A DNA stretch of 64,000 bases from Eledone cirrhosa (taxonomy: Eukaryota): assembly GCA_964016885.1 (NCBI GenBank), contig OZ024747.1:39308001-39372000 (forward strand). Reading direction: 5' to 3'. Under the pieces are notes generated by a model, which saw only the letters and a program-made list of their open reading frames with translations, was not told the origin of the DNA and searched no databases. Positions within the stretch are counted from its first letter, which is position 1. Each line of letters opens with the position of its first letter. Shown here piece by piece: positions 27,726-42,779 of this stretch. The translations under genes were made by a program, and so were the position numbers.

Positions 27726-30166
27726 GCGTCTGCTGTTAACTGCATCTTACAGCATATAAACCTATAAAACTATCAAATATATTGTTTACTGTTAGTTGGA
27801 TATCTTTTAGGTACTATCTTAGTATATTCTACAAGGAGAATCATTTATGTTTTGTCTAGGAACCATTTGCTATTATAAAGCCAATACCATTTTTACGTTG
27901 TATAACATAGCATTTACAAATTTACAAAACCATCATATGGTGTTCTATGTATCACTGTCCTTTGATTTATATGAATGGAGAGAGACATATAAGATTTTGT
28001 AGGTTGTGCTTTCATTATAATATTCTATATTTACTTAATAAACATTGACTGTCGAATTTAAGCTCTAATGTCTACGATTCTATTTTCTCCCTAAACTAAT
28101 ACATTTCCCTTTAACCGGAAAACACGTGGCACATTTCTTTTAATCCTATTTAATAGTTTTTATAGATTGACGTTTCTACTATTTACTCTTAAAAAGATAT
28201 TTATTTCAGCAAATAAACACACCTAATATTATAAATAATGTATACTCTCTGCATTCCCATATTCTCCTAACATTTGGAAATGTTTCCTCATGTGAACCGT
28301 CTCAAAATCGCACTCTAAACATGAGTCACAGAAATACTTTTAAGACTCTTGTAATTTGTCTTGCTATGCCTTCTAGTTGTCATACTTATCGTTGTTTATC
28401 CATGTCACCACCCGTTTTCACATGAAGCAGTTTGTGTTGCAGCCTATTCAAACTCACATATCGCACGCTTTCAACTGTGATATTATAGAAAAGGATTCTG
28501 GTGTAGAAAAATGAGATGCTATTTAAGAATTGTATTTGTAATTTTTCTAATTTGATAACTCTAGTACAAATTAAATATTCATATCTTCAAGACGAAAAAT
28601 TAGTTAACATTATCCATGCATTTTGATAATGAACTCAATGTTGGCGTGAGATATTTCCAATCATCATATATACTTTCGTCTTCGCAACTTAGAAAGCATA
28701 ATTATAAAATCATACACAATTATCTTTGGTTTTATTAATGTCGCTAGATAATAGTATATCATGCACAACACAAATATTATTGTATACTTTCTCAGTGAAA
28801 CGGCAGCAATATTCAGTGGCCTAGTATTATTGTTGTTTCTAACACGCAATGATCGGAATAATTCAATATAAAAAAAAAAAACATTTACATGTCAAATAAG
28901 GGGTGTATATTATTTGTGAGTATTCTATAAATACAAACACAAACATGCACGTATATACACACGCATACACACATACGTACGCACACACACACACACATAC
29001 ACACACATATATATATATATATTAATTTTACGGCCAGAGAAATAGATTTTTCTCAAGATCGCTGTTTACCATTCACTGCATAGTTTTACACATATTGCAT
29101 ATTGTAAATATGAATTTTCATATCAGAATGGACACCAAACGTTACATTGTGGAACAAACGGGGTTTCAACACTGCGCCCAGTAAGCAGTGAATGAATTTG
29201 CAGATCATCCCACACAGAAGCTACATGTTGTTTTCGAAAAGATTAAAAAAAATTGCGTGCAGCCAGGACTGACGGACCGAATTATCAACGTAGTTTTAGT
29301 CCTATATTCTATCGAGGGAGCCTGTTTGCGACAGCAACATTTACTGAATGTGTTACTTCTAAAGAGAAAGATTGTCAGATTCCCTCAATAGAACAAAACA
29401 CACTATTGGCTGTTAAATTCAACCACAATCTCAACTAAGATATCAACCAAGTATATTGTATAAAAAACAGGCAGCAGTGCATAATACATATATTCCGATA
29501 TCGAAGTATAAATTCAAATTCAAGCAAGAGTGTTAGAAAAATGTGTCACTGATATAGGATTTAATCTAATTAATATGCTACAGATTTTACGATTCCCGCA
29601 ACGCAGTATTTGTTTTTTGAAATAATTGGTTATTTGGGTATATATCACGTATATTTAGCTTTTTTAAAACTTGGCAACGATGGATAAAGATTAAATTGAT
29701 TCAGAGTTTCTGTGACATATGTTTTGTCTACTATGTGGTCTTGGTTTAGTGAGGTCAATATCCCTAAGCACAGTAAAATCTTGATATAGGACAATATTTT
29801 AAAGCAGTTTGAATAATATTCTAACATGAAACACGCATTTCATTTTGACTGCATACATTTATGGAGCCAGGCGAGGAGAGGGGAGGTGTTTGATTAGTTA
29901 GGAAACATAAAATGCTATAAGTATATAACGCGAAGAAGGTTTGAGTTTTTAAGAGAAATACAGTAATCTAGCAGACAATGGTTTGCAGTCTTATTATTTT
30001 CTTCCCATTTTTCAGACACCGTATAATTATATCTAACAAAATATGAATTGTGAGACCTTTTTGTATAGCTTACACAAAACAAACACACATACACAAACAC
30101 ATACACACACACGCACACACATATATATGTACGTATATTTATACATACATGTATATATATATATAT

Positions 30167-30360
30167 AACTAAGGAATTGTGGTAAGGAACCAGATGGACC
30201 ATAACGCAACAGAGTACTCAATTCTAGTAGTAGAGTGGGTAATAGGAAAAGGTATGACCCCGACGGCAGAGCTCAAGCCGTTTCGACGGCTATTTCTGGA
30301 GTCCAGAAATAGCCGGCGAAACGACTTGAGCTCTGCCGTCGGGGTCATACCTTTTCCTAT
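30167..30360. mobile_element. Fold-back element G (59-bp arms, 1-nt loop, 75-nt left tail)
   Basis: Arms 30242-30300 and 30302-30360, outward GCCGGCGAAAC, tail with AGAGTACTCAA (30211-30221). Same family as 38361-38524. Confidence 0.9.
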
Positions 30361-30361
30361 A

Positions 30362-30406
<45 letters not shown>

Positions 30407-30479
30407 TTGTGTGTATATATATATGTGTGTGTGTGTGTATATATACATGGGTATATATATATATATATATATATATATG

Positions 30480-30587
<108 letters not shown>

Positions 30588-30946
30588 ACCCCTTATATAT
30601 ACATATATATATCCATGCATACGTGCACAAACATACACAAGTATATTGGCATATCTATGTAAAGATATGATAGATATGCGCCTGTCAATTCCACGTACAG
30701 GAATCGATTATCTACATACAAGTCATATGAATACGCTTTTTTGTATAATTTACCATTAATTTCCCCCCAAAATATATTTACTTTTTGAAACGTTTGCAAT
30801 GGACCAATAACCGCAGATTCACTTTTATTCATACAGTGAAACATGATTTTTACTCTTTCATCGTCTCAATATTTGTACATTCGATGTCTATTTCCCTTTG
30901 GTGCAAAATGATATCAATACAATAACGGCGCTGTTGTTGCCGCTGC

Positions 30947-30967
30947 TACCACCACCACCACTACTAC

Positions 30968-31032
<65 letters not shown>
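30947..31032. repeat. (CAC)n/(CTA)n microsatellite
   Basis: Direct reading. Confidence 0.9.
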
Positions 31033-31103
31033 ATTCTACTTGCATTCTATTGTTTTCTAATATAAACCTATGCACATATACATGTATAACTATATGAATA
31101 CAC

Positions 31104-31191
<88 letters not shown>

Positions 31192-31249
31192 ATATACATA
31201 TATATATATATACACACATACATATACATGCATATATACATATATATAT

Positions 31250-31313
<64 letters not shown>

Positions 31314-31578
31314 GTACATATATATGTTTGTGTGTGTGCGTGTGTATGTGTGTTTGTTTTGTGTAAGCTATACAAAAAGGGAAATAGAAAGAGTCTGTAG
31401 TGCTGAGACCGAGGAGACCACCATTCAAGGGAGTACTCAATGCATGGTGTGATGCAGAGTGGTTATAGAGATATTTAAATCTTCGACCACTTTGCCAATC
31501 CAAGACCGCTTGGCACCGCGGTTGGGATTACATATCTCCTTCTCTCTCAATCTCTTTCTTTCTCTCTCTCTCTCTCTC

Positions 31579-31617
<39 letters not shown>

Positions 31618-32010
31618 ATATGTGTGTGTGTAAACATATATATATACATGCATATATATATATATATATATATATACTATAAAAGTATGTCCATAGAATC
31701 ATTTGATAATATATATACACCACTTCCTCTCCCAATTAGCATAATCAACCACACAAAAAAACAATTAAACCAGGCTATAAGATTAAAAGGCACCTATGAA
31801 GAAATAGTGGATAAATAAACGACAGCCATCTATTCGCGGTCAACCGCTATAGAATATTTACCCAACATTTCAATAGCACGTGGAAATCGATTAAATATAC
31901 CGTCACCCATACACAATTAGGTATAAAATTAAAGTTAGAAAAAAAATGAATATACACACACCAGGATTATATATATATATATATATATAATTACATATAC
32001 AAATACACAC

Positions 32011-32140
<130 letters not shown>

Positions 32141-32376
32141 ATGTATTTTTCAATGTTTGCTTAAATAAGTGTACATTTAAGCATTAAAGTACATGCGTGC
32201 TTACGTAGTTTTTGTTCCCTGATTTCATATTTCATTTATTTTATCCGCATATTTTGCTTCTCTCACAAATTTGATTCATTTTGAATAAAATCATAAGGAT
32301 CCATTTGGAACTTCGCAATTTGTTTACTTCGCTCACTCATTAAACTCTGGTTACATAATATTGCTGCTGCTGCAAA

Positions 32377-32408
<32 letters not shown>

Positions 32409-32530
32409 AGAACAAGAACAGCATTAGCTAGAAAGCTTGAAGAAGAAGAAGAAGAAGAAGAAGAAGAAGAAGAAGAAGAAGAAGAAGAAGAAGAAGAAGA
32501 AGAAGAAGAAGAAGAAGAAGAAGAAGAAGG
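32377..32530. repeat. (CTA)n and (GAA)n microsatellites
   Basis: Direct reading. The poly-L/poly-E ORF here is an artefact. Confidence 0.9.
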
Positions 32531-33538
32531 AGGAGGGACTCAACATTTTGCTGAAATAATTAAAAAATAATAAAAGCGTAATAATTCTCAATAGAAATCA
32601 TTTTCCCCGTCGGTTCCCACGAAATTGAAAGCTGGATTTGTAAAGTAACCTGAAGGATATTGAATATTTTACAATAATTATTTGCCCCTTTGGCAGTTTC
32701 ACTGTAACACATGGCGTGGCAAGGCTAAACCGTGGAAGTACATGTAACATTCTTCCTCCTGACGTACATACCTCTAATCGGTTATCACTGAGAAGCAATA
32801 ATTTGAATCGAAGAAATGGTACAATTCACTTGAATAACATGCTACGCTGGTAGATTGATCACGTGACCACATGACGGCGAAGAGATCTTTGTAACCACTC
32901 GGCCATTCGTGCGTCCAATATTCGGTGCAATAATACTATATGGTAATAATTTTCTGCAAATGCAATACAAAGCTAATTAAGAATGACTCTATCATTCTAG
33001 TTGACGTTCCTCCATCTATATATACTTCTAATCATATCATCAAGATAGAAAGCAGCATGTTCGAGTCAACTCCACTGTATATTTAATGTTAGGATATTCT
33101 TAAAAGTCGATCACTCTACTCATTGAGAAGCAGGGATGTTATTTCTGATTTTCCATTCTTGGATAATTCTGACATCGCCATCACTGTTCTGAGACTTTGT
33201 ATCTGACTGGATTTTAAAATCTGCTTTCGATTCATGGTATAAGCAATCATGCGGATCTTGCTAAGAGTTGACCATTTTCGGTTTTACAAAGCATTTGGGT
33301 ACTGGGAAACAATGCATACTGCGCAGTTGCCGACACTTTTCCCATTTGTTTTAAAGTGTGCACTTCATTTGTGCAGGCTTAGCAGAGTGTGTTGATTGTG
33401 TATTTCACATATGCCAGAATCACCTTCTCCATCAATGTTGTCTGGAACAAAAAGAGCATACCACACACATGTATACACATATATACACACATACACACAT
33501 GCATTCAAACACACACATAAACACACACACACATATAT

Positions 33539-33648
<110 letters not shown>

Positions 33649-33664
33649 AATAATATTAAAAGAG

Positions 33665-33788
33665 AAGAAATAATCGGTATTGCATCATATACATATTTAC
33701 TTACATATTACATATGATTCAATGGTGATCAGCTCGAGGATCGATCGATTAATATTCGATCCTGACTCTGAAATCGGAGGCTCCTCAG
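33665..33788 (-). mobile_element. Single-arm relative of fold-back element L
   Basis: TTGCATCA.ATACATATT...TTACATATTACATATG...GATCAGCTCG.GG..CGATC.ATTAAT...CCTGACTCTG is shared with 42119-42203. Confidence 0.7.
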
Positions 33789-33849
33789 ATATGTGTTCAT
33801 TAGTAGTCTCAAGTCCAAATAGTTATTCAGTACGTTAATAGAGTATAAG

Positions 33850-34043
33850 CAGGTTCGTGGATTGACAGTATCGGTAGAGGGGGGTCGGACGCCATGCTTT
33901 GAAGCATAGAGTTTCGTCCCTTTATGATCTGAGTTCAAATCCCGCCGAGGTTAACTTTGCCTTTCATCCTTACGGGGTAGATAGAATAAAGTACCAGTAA
34001 TGTACTGGGTAATTGCTTGTGCCAAAAAGTAGAAACAATTATT
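33850..34043 (+). mobile_element. tRNA-derived SINE (family 1)
   Basis: GTGGATTG.CAGTATCGGTAGAG head, B-box-like GAGTTCAAATCC, central GGTTAACTTTGCCTTTCATCCTTACGGGGT.GATA.AATAAAGTACCAG, AT-rich tail. Multiple copies occur in the window. Confidence 0.85.
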
Positions 34044-34055
34044 TAATATAGAAAG

Positions 34056-34152
34056 ACATCTACAGGATAAGAACTGTTTCATTCGTATGAAACTATCAGG
34101 ACATATTCCTGATAATTTCATACGAATGAAACAGTTCTTGGCCTGTAGATGT
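34056..34152. mobile_element. Fold-back element H (46-bp arms), same family as element I
   Basis: Arms 34056-34101 and 34107-34152, with CTGATAA-TTTC-atac-GAAT-GAAACAG-ttcttggc-CTGTA. Confidence 0.85.
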
Positions 34153-34185
34153 AACTACTCTTTCATCCCCCCTCTCTCTCTCTCT

Positions 34186-34936
<751 letters not shown>

Positions 34937-34984
34937 CTGTGTGTGTGTGTGTGTATGTGTGTGTGTGTGTGGGTGTGTAATTTA

Positions 34985-35960
34985 TTACATCAGTGATATA
35001 TACAGGTACTTAAGTTCCGTTGTGTTTTATATCTCAATTCATTCAGCCTGTTATATAAAGTAAAACTTGGTACCTCCACAGATTATTTGAGGTATTTAGA
35101 AAATAGATTACACATGTACAAGTAACATAAAAGCCCACATCACTGGCAATTACGGGCAAACGCAAAAGTCTTCCACCTTACTGATGCTCATGCAGAAGGA
35201 CAGATACATGGCCACTAGATGCACAGTGCAACACTCAAGATATCATATATCACCAACGAGAATAACAAAACTGAAGGCTGGATTTATGTTGGAATGTCTG
35301 AGTGAATGTCAAAAGCCGATACCTGAAACTAAGAACACTATTCAGACATCCTGACAAAAAAAATCATGCCATTCACCTCGACAACCATGTGTGGAACATC
35401 ACAAATGACAGCATATCATTTTCCATTAAATGAGTATATTAGAAACACCCCCTCCTCCTCCACACCTCATGTTAATGGGACGAAATTTTGTCGGCTATGT
35501 AACTCTGAAAAGTGGCATATACTCTTGAAATTGGTTTCAGAGAAACACAGCTTAAATACCCGCCTCGACATCTTTAGTCGTTGTCCAAACGAAGCGAAAT
35601 TCATACTAAGAAAACTGTAGGGAACAGACTAACTGATTTTAATTTCAGGGAATTTAATTTCTAAGAATTACTAACATTGCGTAGTGTGTTTTGATAGGTG
35701 TTTGCTTATAGTTAAATTATAATTTACCTGCCCTTGAAAACCTCTGGCCCCCGTGCATTTTCTAAAAGCCTCAAAATAACCTGGAGATTTAGACATTTTT
35801 GTTTTTTATAACAAGCTTAATGAGTTGGGGTGTATAACCTAAAGAAACTTAAGTACCTATATATCTCACTGTTGTAAGTAAGTATACTTAAATCGTCCTT
35901 TCGACTGAGTGCTCTTAGCCTTGGATATTTCTACCAAACTTTTACTACAGTATACATTAT
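34985..35960 (+). mobile_element. Decayed PLE 3' fragment (endonuclease) bracketed by an inverted copy of its own 3' end
   Basis: Frameshifted CSCRRTDTWPLDAQCNTQDIIY...WIYVGMSE...HLDNHVWNI...FCRLCNSEKWHIL...SLNTRLDIFSRC. 34985-35065 is a diverged reverse complement of ~35800-35877, and the tail has CTGAGTGCTC at 35905. Confidence 0.75.
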
Positions 35961-35974
35961 TTATCTATTCAATA

Positions 35975-36305
35975 TCTACTGTGAAAGAGCATTGGATTCA
36001 ATAATGTGAGGACATGAGTTATATTCTCGGACCGGGTGATGCGATGTGTCTTTAAACAAGACATTATATTTCATGTTGCTCCAGTTCACTCAGCTGTTTG
36101 ATTTGCTATGTCACTGATGTCGTGCGGTATCGGCCAGTAAGTTCCCTCCGGATAGCATCCGTTGTGTGGAGAATGGAATCTGTTATGCATGGGTGACTGT
36201 TAGGCTTCCACAAAAGTATATGGCCCGGAACTGTGCCTCGGAGAGGAATCTCTATGTACAAAATCCATGTTCATTCATGACAGAAAAGGGTCTTTACCCT
36301 TTATT
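35975..36305 (+). mobile_element. Degenerate SINE family 2 copy
   Basis: GGACCGGGTGATGCGATGTGTCTTTAAACAAGACATTATATTTCATGTTGCTCCAG matches 8470-8526. Confidence 0.65.
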
Positions 36306-37263
36306 CTTTATATTCCATTTTAATGCAAACAGTATTTTCATTGACAATATACCAATCCGTATATACGATTAGCTATCACATGTACAGAGTGATACCTTAA
36401 TTCCAAATTAGAAAGAATCGGATAATACAGAGAGAAATATATTTTTATCCTCAATTCCCAACCGTTGACATTAAACATATGAATCCCCCAAATAATTGTT
36501 TGATCTACTACAAATAACTTTGAGATCGTACTCATATCATGTACTATGAGAAAAGGATTCATTGTATAATGTAGTCATAGATCCTCATAAGTAATTTAAT
36601 GATCATGGCTTGAATGCCTCGGGTAGATATGTCTGCTAAAGAGCAAGAACAAGTAACTTTATAATAATAAATCTTCCTCACCACGGAAGATCTCTAGCTA
36701 AAACTATAAATAGGTTAATTCTCAGAAATGACTTTAAACGTTAGCAGGATTTGGGTTCATTGTATCGACTACGCCGTTCATATTATTATTTCCGAAAGAG
36801 CATTATTAATGAAGATAATTTAAACAACGCATTAGCGTATCAATATCATCAAACTAACATTTGTATGGAAAACAACAAGTTATTATGTTGGCATACGCAT
36901 TACCGATTTGTTGCGATTTGATGATATTATTTTTGTTTATTAATTACTGTATTCGTTTTCATATGTTCCCATAATGAGGACTCCATACATATTTGCGCCA
37001 AATAATTTTTCAAATCTAACTACCAGAGAGAAACCCAAGACAATAAACGTTTTTTCTAAATATAAAACAGCATTGGAGAAGTAACTATATAGGCTATATA
37101 AGGCATTTTGTAATGCATGGCCATATAATTCGGTCATTATTGAAGCTATTTACCGAACACTGGTATCACAATGTATCATTGATTCATTTAATGCTGATGA
37201 ATTTGAGCTTCAGTCGTAAAATTGTTATATATATATGTATGCATGTATGCATATTTCTAGGTA

Positions 37264-37355
<92 letters not shown>

Positions 37356-38143
37356 CATCCATACATACATACATACATGATGAGGCTGCCCCCTCGTTAT
37401 CGAGTATGGCCATTGCACGATATACCATTATTAATAATTATTAATTAATTCTATCGTGCAATGCCTGTGCGTGAAGATATTTTTAAAGTGAGGAAAGACT
37501 GTGCACTGAGCCAATCCCACTCTCTGAGCGACAGTAGCAATAACCCGAAAAGAAGAATAGATCAACATCATCGGTAACTACTGAGCCGCAGGTTTTATAT
37601 CATTCATGCATACATAGGCATATCGATACATGGATGAAAGTTTTTACACATGAATCTCAAATATCGGGCGAGCGATCGATTCCGGTGTTGAGCTCGGTCG
37701 TAATCGATAGTACCTTTAGTTGATTCGTAGCGAAAGATGTGTCATCCGTGATTATGGATAAAATGCAATTTTTTTACTGCATTCCAGCCTGGTTTATATT
37801 AACACTTTGTATATCATAGCTGCTGATAATGATTGATAATAAGGGTGTAAAAAGCACCTCGATTACTAGATCGCTGTAAAAGCAATGGCGGCTTAAACTA
37901 TTGCACCAACTATAACCGAAGTTAAACACCCAACAATTACATATATATATATTCAAATAAAAACGACACCAATTGCCATAACCTGAAATTTAATCAAAGC
38001 CAGCTACGGTCGCAAGAAAATACAAAATCATGCACCTATACATGGCTACAGGAACACTAGCTTATCGCTCAATGATGAGCTAAATTGCATAGGATCTTTT
38101 AGGTTTGTCCTCACGTTCCCTGTAAATCACACACACACACACA

Positions 38144-38235
<92 letters not shown>

Positions 38236-38360
38236 TAACAGATTAAAGTTTAAGCAAAGAATCAGTGCTTTCACCCTTAACGGGATCTTCTGAAATTAAA
38301 AAAGTCAATCTGTGCACGCAGAAGTAAATATTTCAAAAAAAAAAAAAATATATATATATA

Positions 38361-38524
38361 TAGGAGAAAGTAAGACCCCGACTAAAGTCCAGAAATAGCC
38401 GTCGGAACCGCCTGAGCTCTGCCGTCGGGGTCTTACTTTCTCCTATTACCCACACTACTAGACTAAATATTGAGTACGCTGGTGTGTTATGGTCCATCTG
38501 GTTCCTTACCACAATTCCTTCGTT
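38361..38524 (+). mobile_element. Fold-back element G2 (family of G, opposite orientation, 22-bp short arm)
   Basis: 38361-38382 pairs with 38424-38445. The body and tail are homologous to 30167-30360. Confidence 0.85.
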
Positions 38525-38778
38525 ATATATATACATATATCGAAAAAATACATAATATATATGTATATTTAAATATATATACATGTTTGTGTGTGTATAT
38601 TTGGGTATGTGCGTGTAAATATATGTATATGCTTGGTTCTTTCATATTTATTTTCAACATATCAAATATGTTGTATCCATAAGCTTATCGATTATGCAGA
38701 GGCTCTCTGTTTTGGTAAATTCCCACCAAATTTACTTTCAGCATGGATTATTTGTATATTGATGTAAATTTACTTACA

Positions 38779-38865
<87 letters not shown>

Positions 38866-38870
38866 ATACA

Positions 38871-39172
38871 AGGCGGCGAATTGGCAGAGTTGTTACGACG
38901 TCGCATAGGATGCTTTACAGTATTCGTCCCACTTCATGGCCCGCTCTGAGTTCACATCCCACCGTGGTCAACTTTGTCTTTCATCCTTTCGAGGTCGATA
39001 AAAAATGTACCAGACCAGTACTGGGGTCCATTCTTCCTCTATAGAAAAAATAGGCTGTGTTCAGACCTGGACAGGGATGGGCTCCACCAGGTTTAAAAGG
39101 TGCCCTAGATACGGCGTATGGCGGTGGCTCTACGACTCCACAGGGAGTTTGGGGATCTTGATCCTTTATCCT

Positions 39173-39175
<3 letters not shown>
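38871..39175 (+). mobile_element. SINE family 1 head/core with a different 3' tail
   Basis: GGCGGCGAATTGGCAGAG...GAGTTCACATCC...GGTCAACTTTGTCTTTCATCCTTTCGAGGTCGATAAAA..GTACCAG, then a sequence ending ATCCTTTATCCTT. Confidence 0.75.
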
Positions 39176-39240
<65 letters not shown>

Positions 39241-39475
39241 ATTGTGTGTGTGCAGCGCGCGCGCGTGTGTGTGTGTGTGTGAGTCTGTGTGTATCTATGC
39301 ATGTATATATGTATATTTATTATAAAGGTAGTAATAATTGTTTTTACAAAAATAAGTTTTATAGGTATCTCAAACTCGAGAATAAATGTAAAAAGAGCTG
39401 AGACAAATGACCACACGCACACACACAAAGACACACATACACACACACACACGCACACACACTCACACACACACA

Positions 39476-39522
<47 letters not shown>

Positions 39523-40431
39523 TGATATTCTACCTAATTAAGGCAGGTCTTATAACAATTTTCGAAATCGTGGCATGTAGTTTTGATGTGAATATCTTAT
39601 TGCGAAATCTCTTTTTTGTGAAAAATTGGCATCGCATTACATGTTGACTATTCTAAAGGAATACTGAAATATATCATTTTGAACAAAGTAAATACTAAGA
39701 CAACTTATATTAGTTAATTATTCATTTGTTTTATAAACCTATTAGGATACTAACAAAAATGTATCGATGTGCACCTCAATGAAAGTATCAAATCAGTTAT
39801 GCCACTCCATACGATAAGCCTAAAAACATACATTTTGACCACACTTTTCAAAAGTAATGGTTTGGGGTATTTTTTTACATAAGTAAAATCATTAACGTCT
39901 GTGCACAAGGTGATGCAGGAAGATAAAGATTGTAATATATAATTTTAAAGAATAAAGAATAAAAACAAATTACATAATATATAAAGGTAAGAAAATGTAT
40001 ATACATATATGGAGACATCTATCCATATATTGACGGCAAAGAATCAAAGAGGAAACATCATACCCTCATCGTTGTGCTTGATTTCATCAGACAATTTTGT
40101 TGATTCAAATGTCACAGTACGCAAGAAGATTGAGAATTAGGGGAATAGCCATAAATGTTATATGTAAAAGAGATAATATATGTCACATATATAGATACAT
40201 TTCAACACACAGAAACATAATGGAGAATACATGCCGAAATGACTAGGTGCCGCGGTTGGCCTTTTACCTTCCCTTATACCCACACTGCTTCTTCATATGA
40301 AAGAGTACTACACTAATTTGTGATGATCCTTGTCTTGGAATCTACACGCACACACACACACACACACACACATACACACACACACACACACACTCACTCA
40401 CACACACATATATATATATAGATATATCAGA

Positions 40432-40777
40432 TGGGTGACACTAGAAAGAAAAGGAATAAATAGGAAGAGAAATGTAAAAAGTAATGCAAAATTAAATGAA
40501 GACAAGAGAGGAAGTTACCTTGGAATAGATTTATCGGTACCAATATTTCGGATTTCACATATATCATGAAGGTGTCCGATAGAACTACGTGGCATTTTGT
40601 TCCTGGTGTCGGTGTCGAAATATAAGGACCAATAAATCTATTTCAAGGTAACTCTATCTCTGGCTTTCATTTCGTTTTACATTTCTCTTCCACTTTATCC
40701 CCATTCTTCCTACAGCCACCTGATTTTGGTACCCGGAGATTTATCCATCTGCAATATAGACGCTTCAAAAGCACTAG

Positions 40778-40778
<1 letters not shown>
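40432..40778. mobile_element. Old, diverged fold-back element K with right tail
   Basis: GGAAGAGAAATGTAAAA...AGTTACCTTGGAATAGATTTAT pairs with ATAAATCTATTTCAAGGTAACT...TTTTACATTTCTCTTCC, with many mismatches. Confidence 0.7.
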
Positions 40779-40856
<78 letters not shown>

Positions 40857-41077
40857 GTGTGTATGCGTGGGAGGAAGTATTCGTGTATGTGTATAGAGTT
40901 TCAGTGCTGACACCGGGAAGGCCACTGATCATTAGTGTACTATATGCATGGGGAGAGGTTGACTGTGTATAGAGATATATGAAGAAACCCGACCACGGTG
41001 AGAGGCGGTTTCAGATAAAATGGCATTACAAGAAGAAACCGCTTTGTGCCGCGCTCGGGATTTAACATCTCTCTCCA

Positions 41078-41137
<60 letters not shown>

Positions 41138-41332
41138 TTAGTACAGCATTAACGAAGCTTTAGTTCGCGGCCAAGCTAACGAATGCAAATTTGGTCTGTA
41201 GCTTTAGCACTCGGATGGGGAATAGTACCCCAGAGTAATAACAATACGTTTAGACAGCCTAGCAAATCAAATATAGCGATCGACAGTCTAGCCGCATCAT
41301 TAAAGCAACGAAAATACAGGACTCAGGAAAAG

Positions 41333-41425
<93 letters not shown>

Positions 41426-41429
<4 letters not shown>

Positions 41430-41610
41430 GTTATTCCGGGTTGAATCGGAGGTAACCACAGGTAAAGTACTCAATACATAGCAGAGTATAAAGGTTTTCA
41501 TATAGAAGAGCTTCTACAAGTCTAGAACTGTTTCATTCGCGAGAAATCATCACGGAGCTCCCTGATGATTTCTCATTAATGAAACAGTTCTAGTCCTGTA
41601 GAAGCTCTTG
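41426..41610. mobile_element. Fold-back element I (52-bp arms = two hammerhead copies, 80-nt left tail)
   Basis: Arms 41506-41557 and 41558-41609. Stem I GAGCTcC/GaAGCTC, CTGATGA (41562), GAAAC-AG..CT-GTA. The tail has AAAGTACTCAA...GCAGAGTA. Confidence 0.88.
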
Positions 41611-41614
41611 TACA

Positions 41615-41686
<72 letters not shown>

Positions 41687-41732
41687 AGGTAACCTTAGTT
41701 CACGAATTGATCAGTTCTTGATAGCCGTGCGT

Positions 41733-42030
41733 CACAAGAAATATTCGTAAACCGAATCTATATTTCCCTTACGAAATGTTGAACGAGAAATGCAGTAAGG
41801 GAGAGCGACAGTGTGTATGAAAGACAGATAAATATCACCATTGTAACTAACTGCAGAGAAAGTGACACTTTCCCGCCGATACTCCTCGTATTTAACAAGC
41901 CGTTGTTGCCCGCTTGGGTGTTCGTTACTTGAGACATTTTCGTCATGCAAGATATTTTGTGTTAAGAGAATTTGTTCATGAAGCAATTTGTTCGTGATAG
42001 GAAGCGTTCGTGAAAACCGAAATTCTACTG
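41733..42030 (-). mobile_element. pogo/Tigger-like DNA transposon terminal fragment
   Basis: The minus strand begins TA|CAGTAGAATTTCGGTTTTCACGAAC, with repeated ACGAAC/ATGAAC subterminal motifs typical of pogo-type TIRs. No partner TIR was found. Confidence 0.55.
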
Positions 42031-42032
42031 TA

Positions 42033-42098
<66 letters not shown>

Positions 42099-42103
<5 letters not shown>

Positions 42104-42421
42104 GAACAAAGAATCACTGTTGCATCAAATACATATTCAATTACATATTACATATGTCGATCAGCTCGGGGAACGATCTATTAATGATCAAACCTGACTC
42201 TGGGGGAGCTTCCGATTCTAGAGTCAGTTTCGTTCATTGATAGATCGTTCCTCAAGCTGAACGATTGTGAAACATATGTCATTTGTAATTACAGATGTAT
42301 AAGATGCAACACTGATTATATGTTCCCTTATACATTAATACTATTGATACTCTGCTCCCCAAGTGCATTGAGTGCTCATTCGGCATAACGCCTATTGACG
42401 CAATTAACTTGCACCTTAACA

Positions 42422-42424
<3 letters not shown>
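42099..42424. mobile_element. Fold-back element L (diverged ~105-bp arms, ~95-nt right tail)
   Basis: Arms ~42099-42203 and ~42218-42331. GAAAC-ATAT-GTC at 42269-42280. The tail has ACTCTGC...CATTGAGTGCTC. Confidence 0.8.
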
Positions 42425-42456
<32 letters not shown>

Positions 42457-42779
42457 GGGGGGGGTATGTGTGGGGGGGGGCGTATATGTGTATGTGTGTG
42501 TGTGTGAAGGTAGATAACCTTTTGTTATGTATATCCGGAATGAATGTGTAAACAAGGCTGCTGCTTACCAGAGACTTTGATTCGGCGGTATCCTTTGAAT
42601 CATATAGCGTACATAACCAAGCAGGCGAATATGGTATATAGATACAGCAGAATCACGGAGTATATTACTATAAGCAAGTATTACACCAAGAAAAATAAAA
42701 CGTCGGCGTGAAGAGATTATGAAATTATTTGCTGTGACGTATGTTTATGTGTCTATTATAATTTTTCTACGTATGCTGA

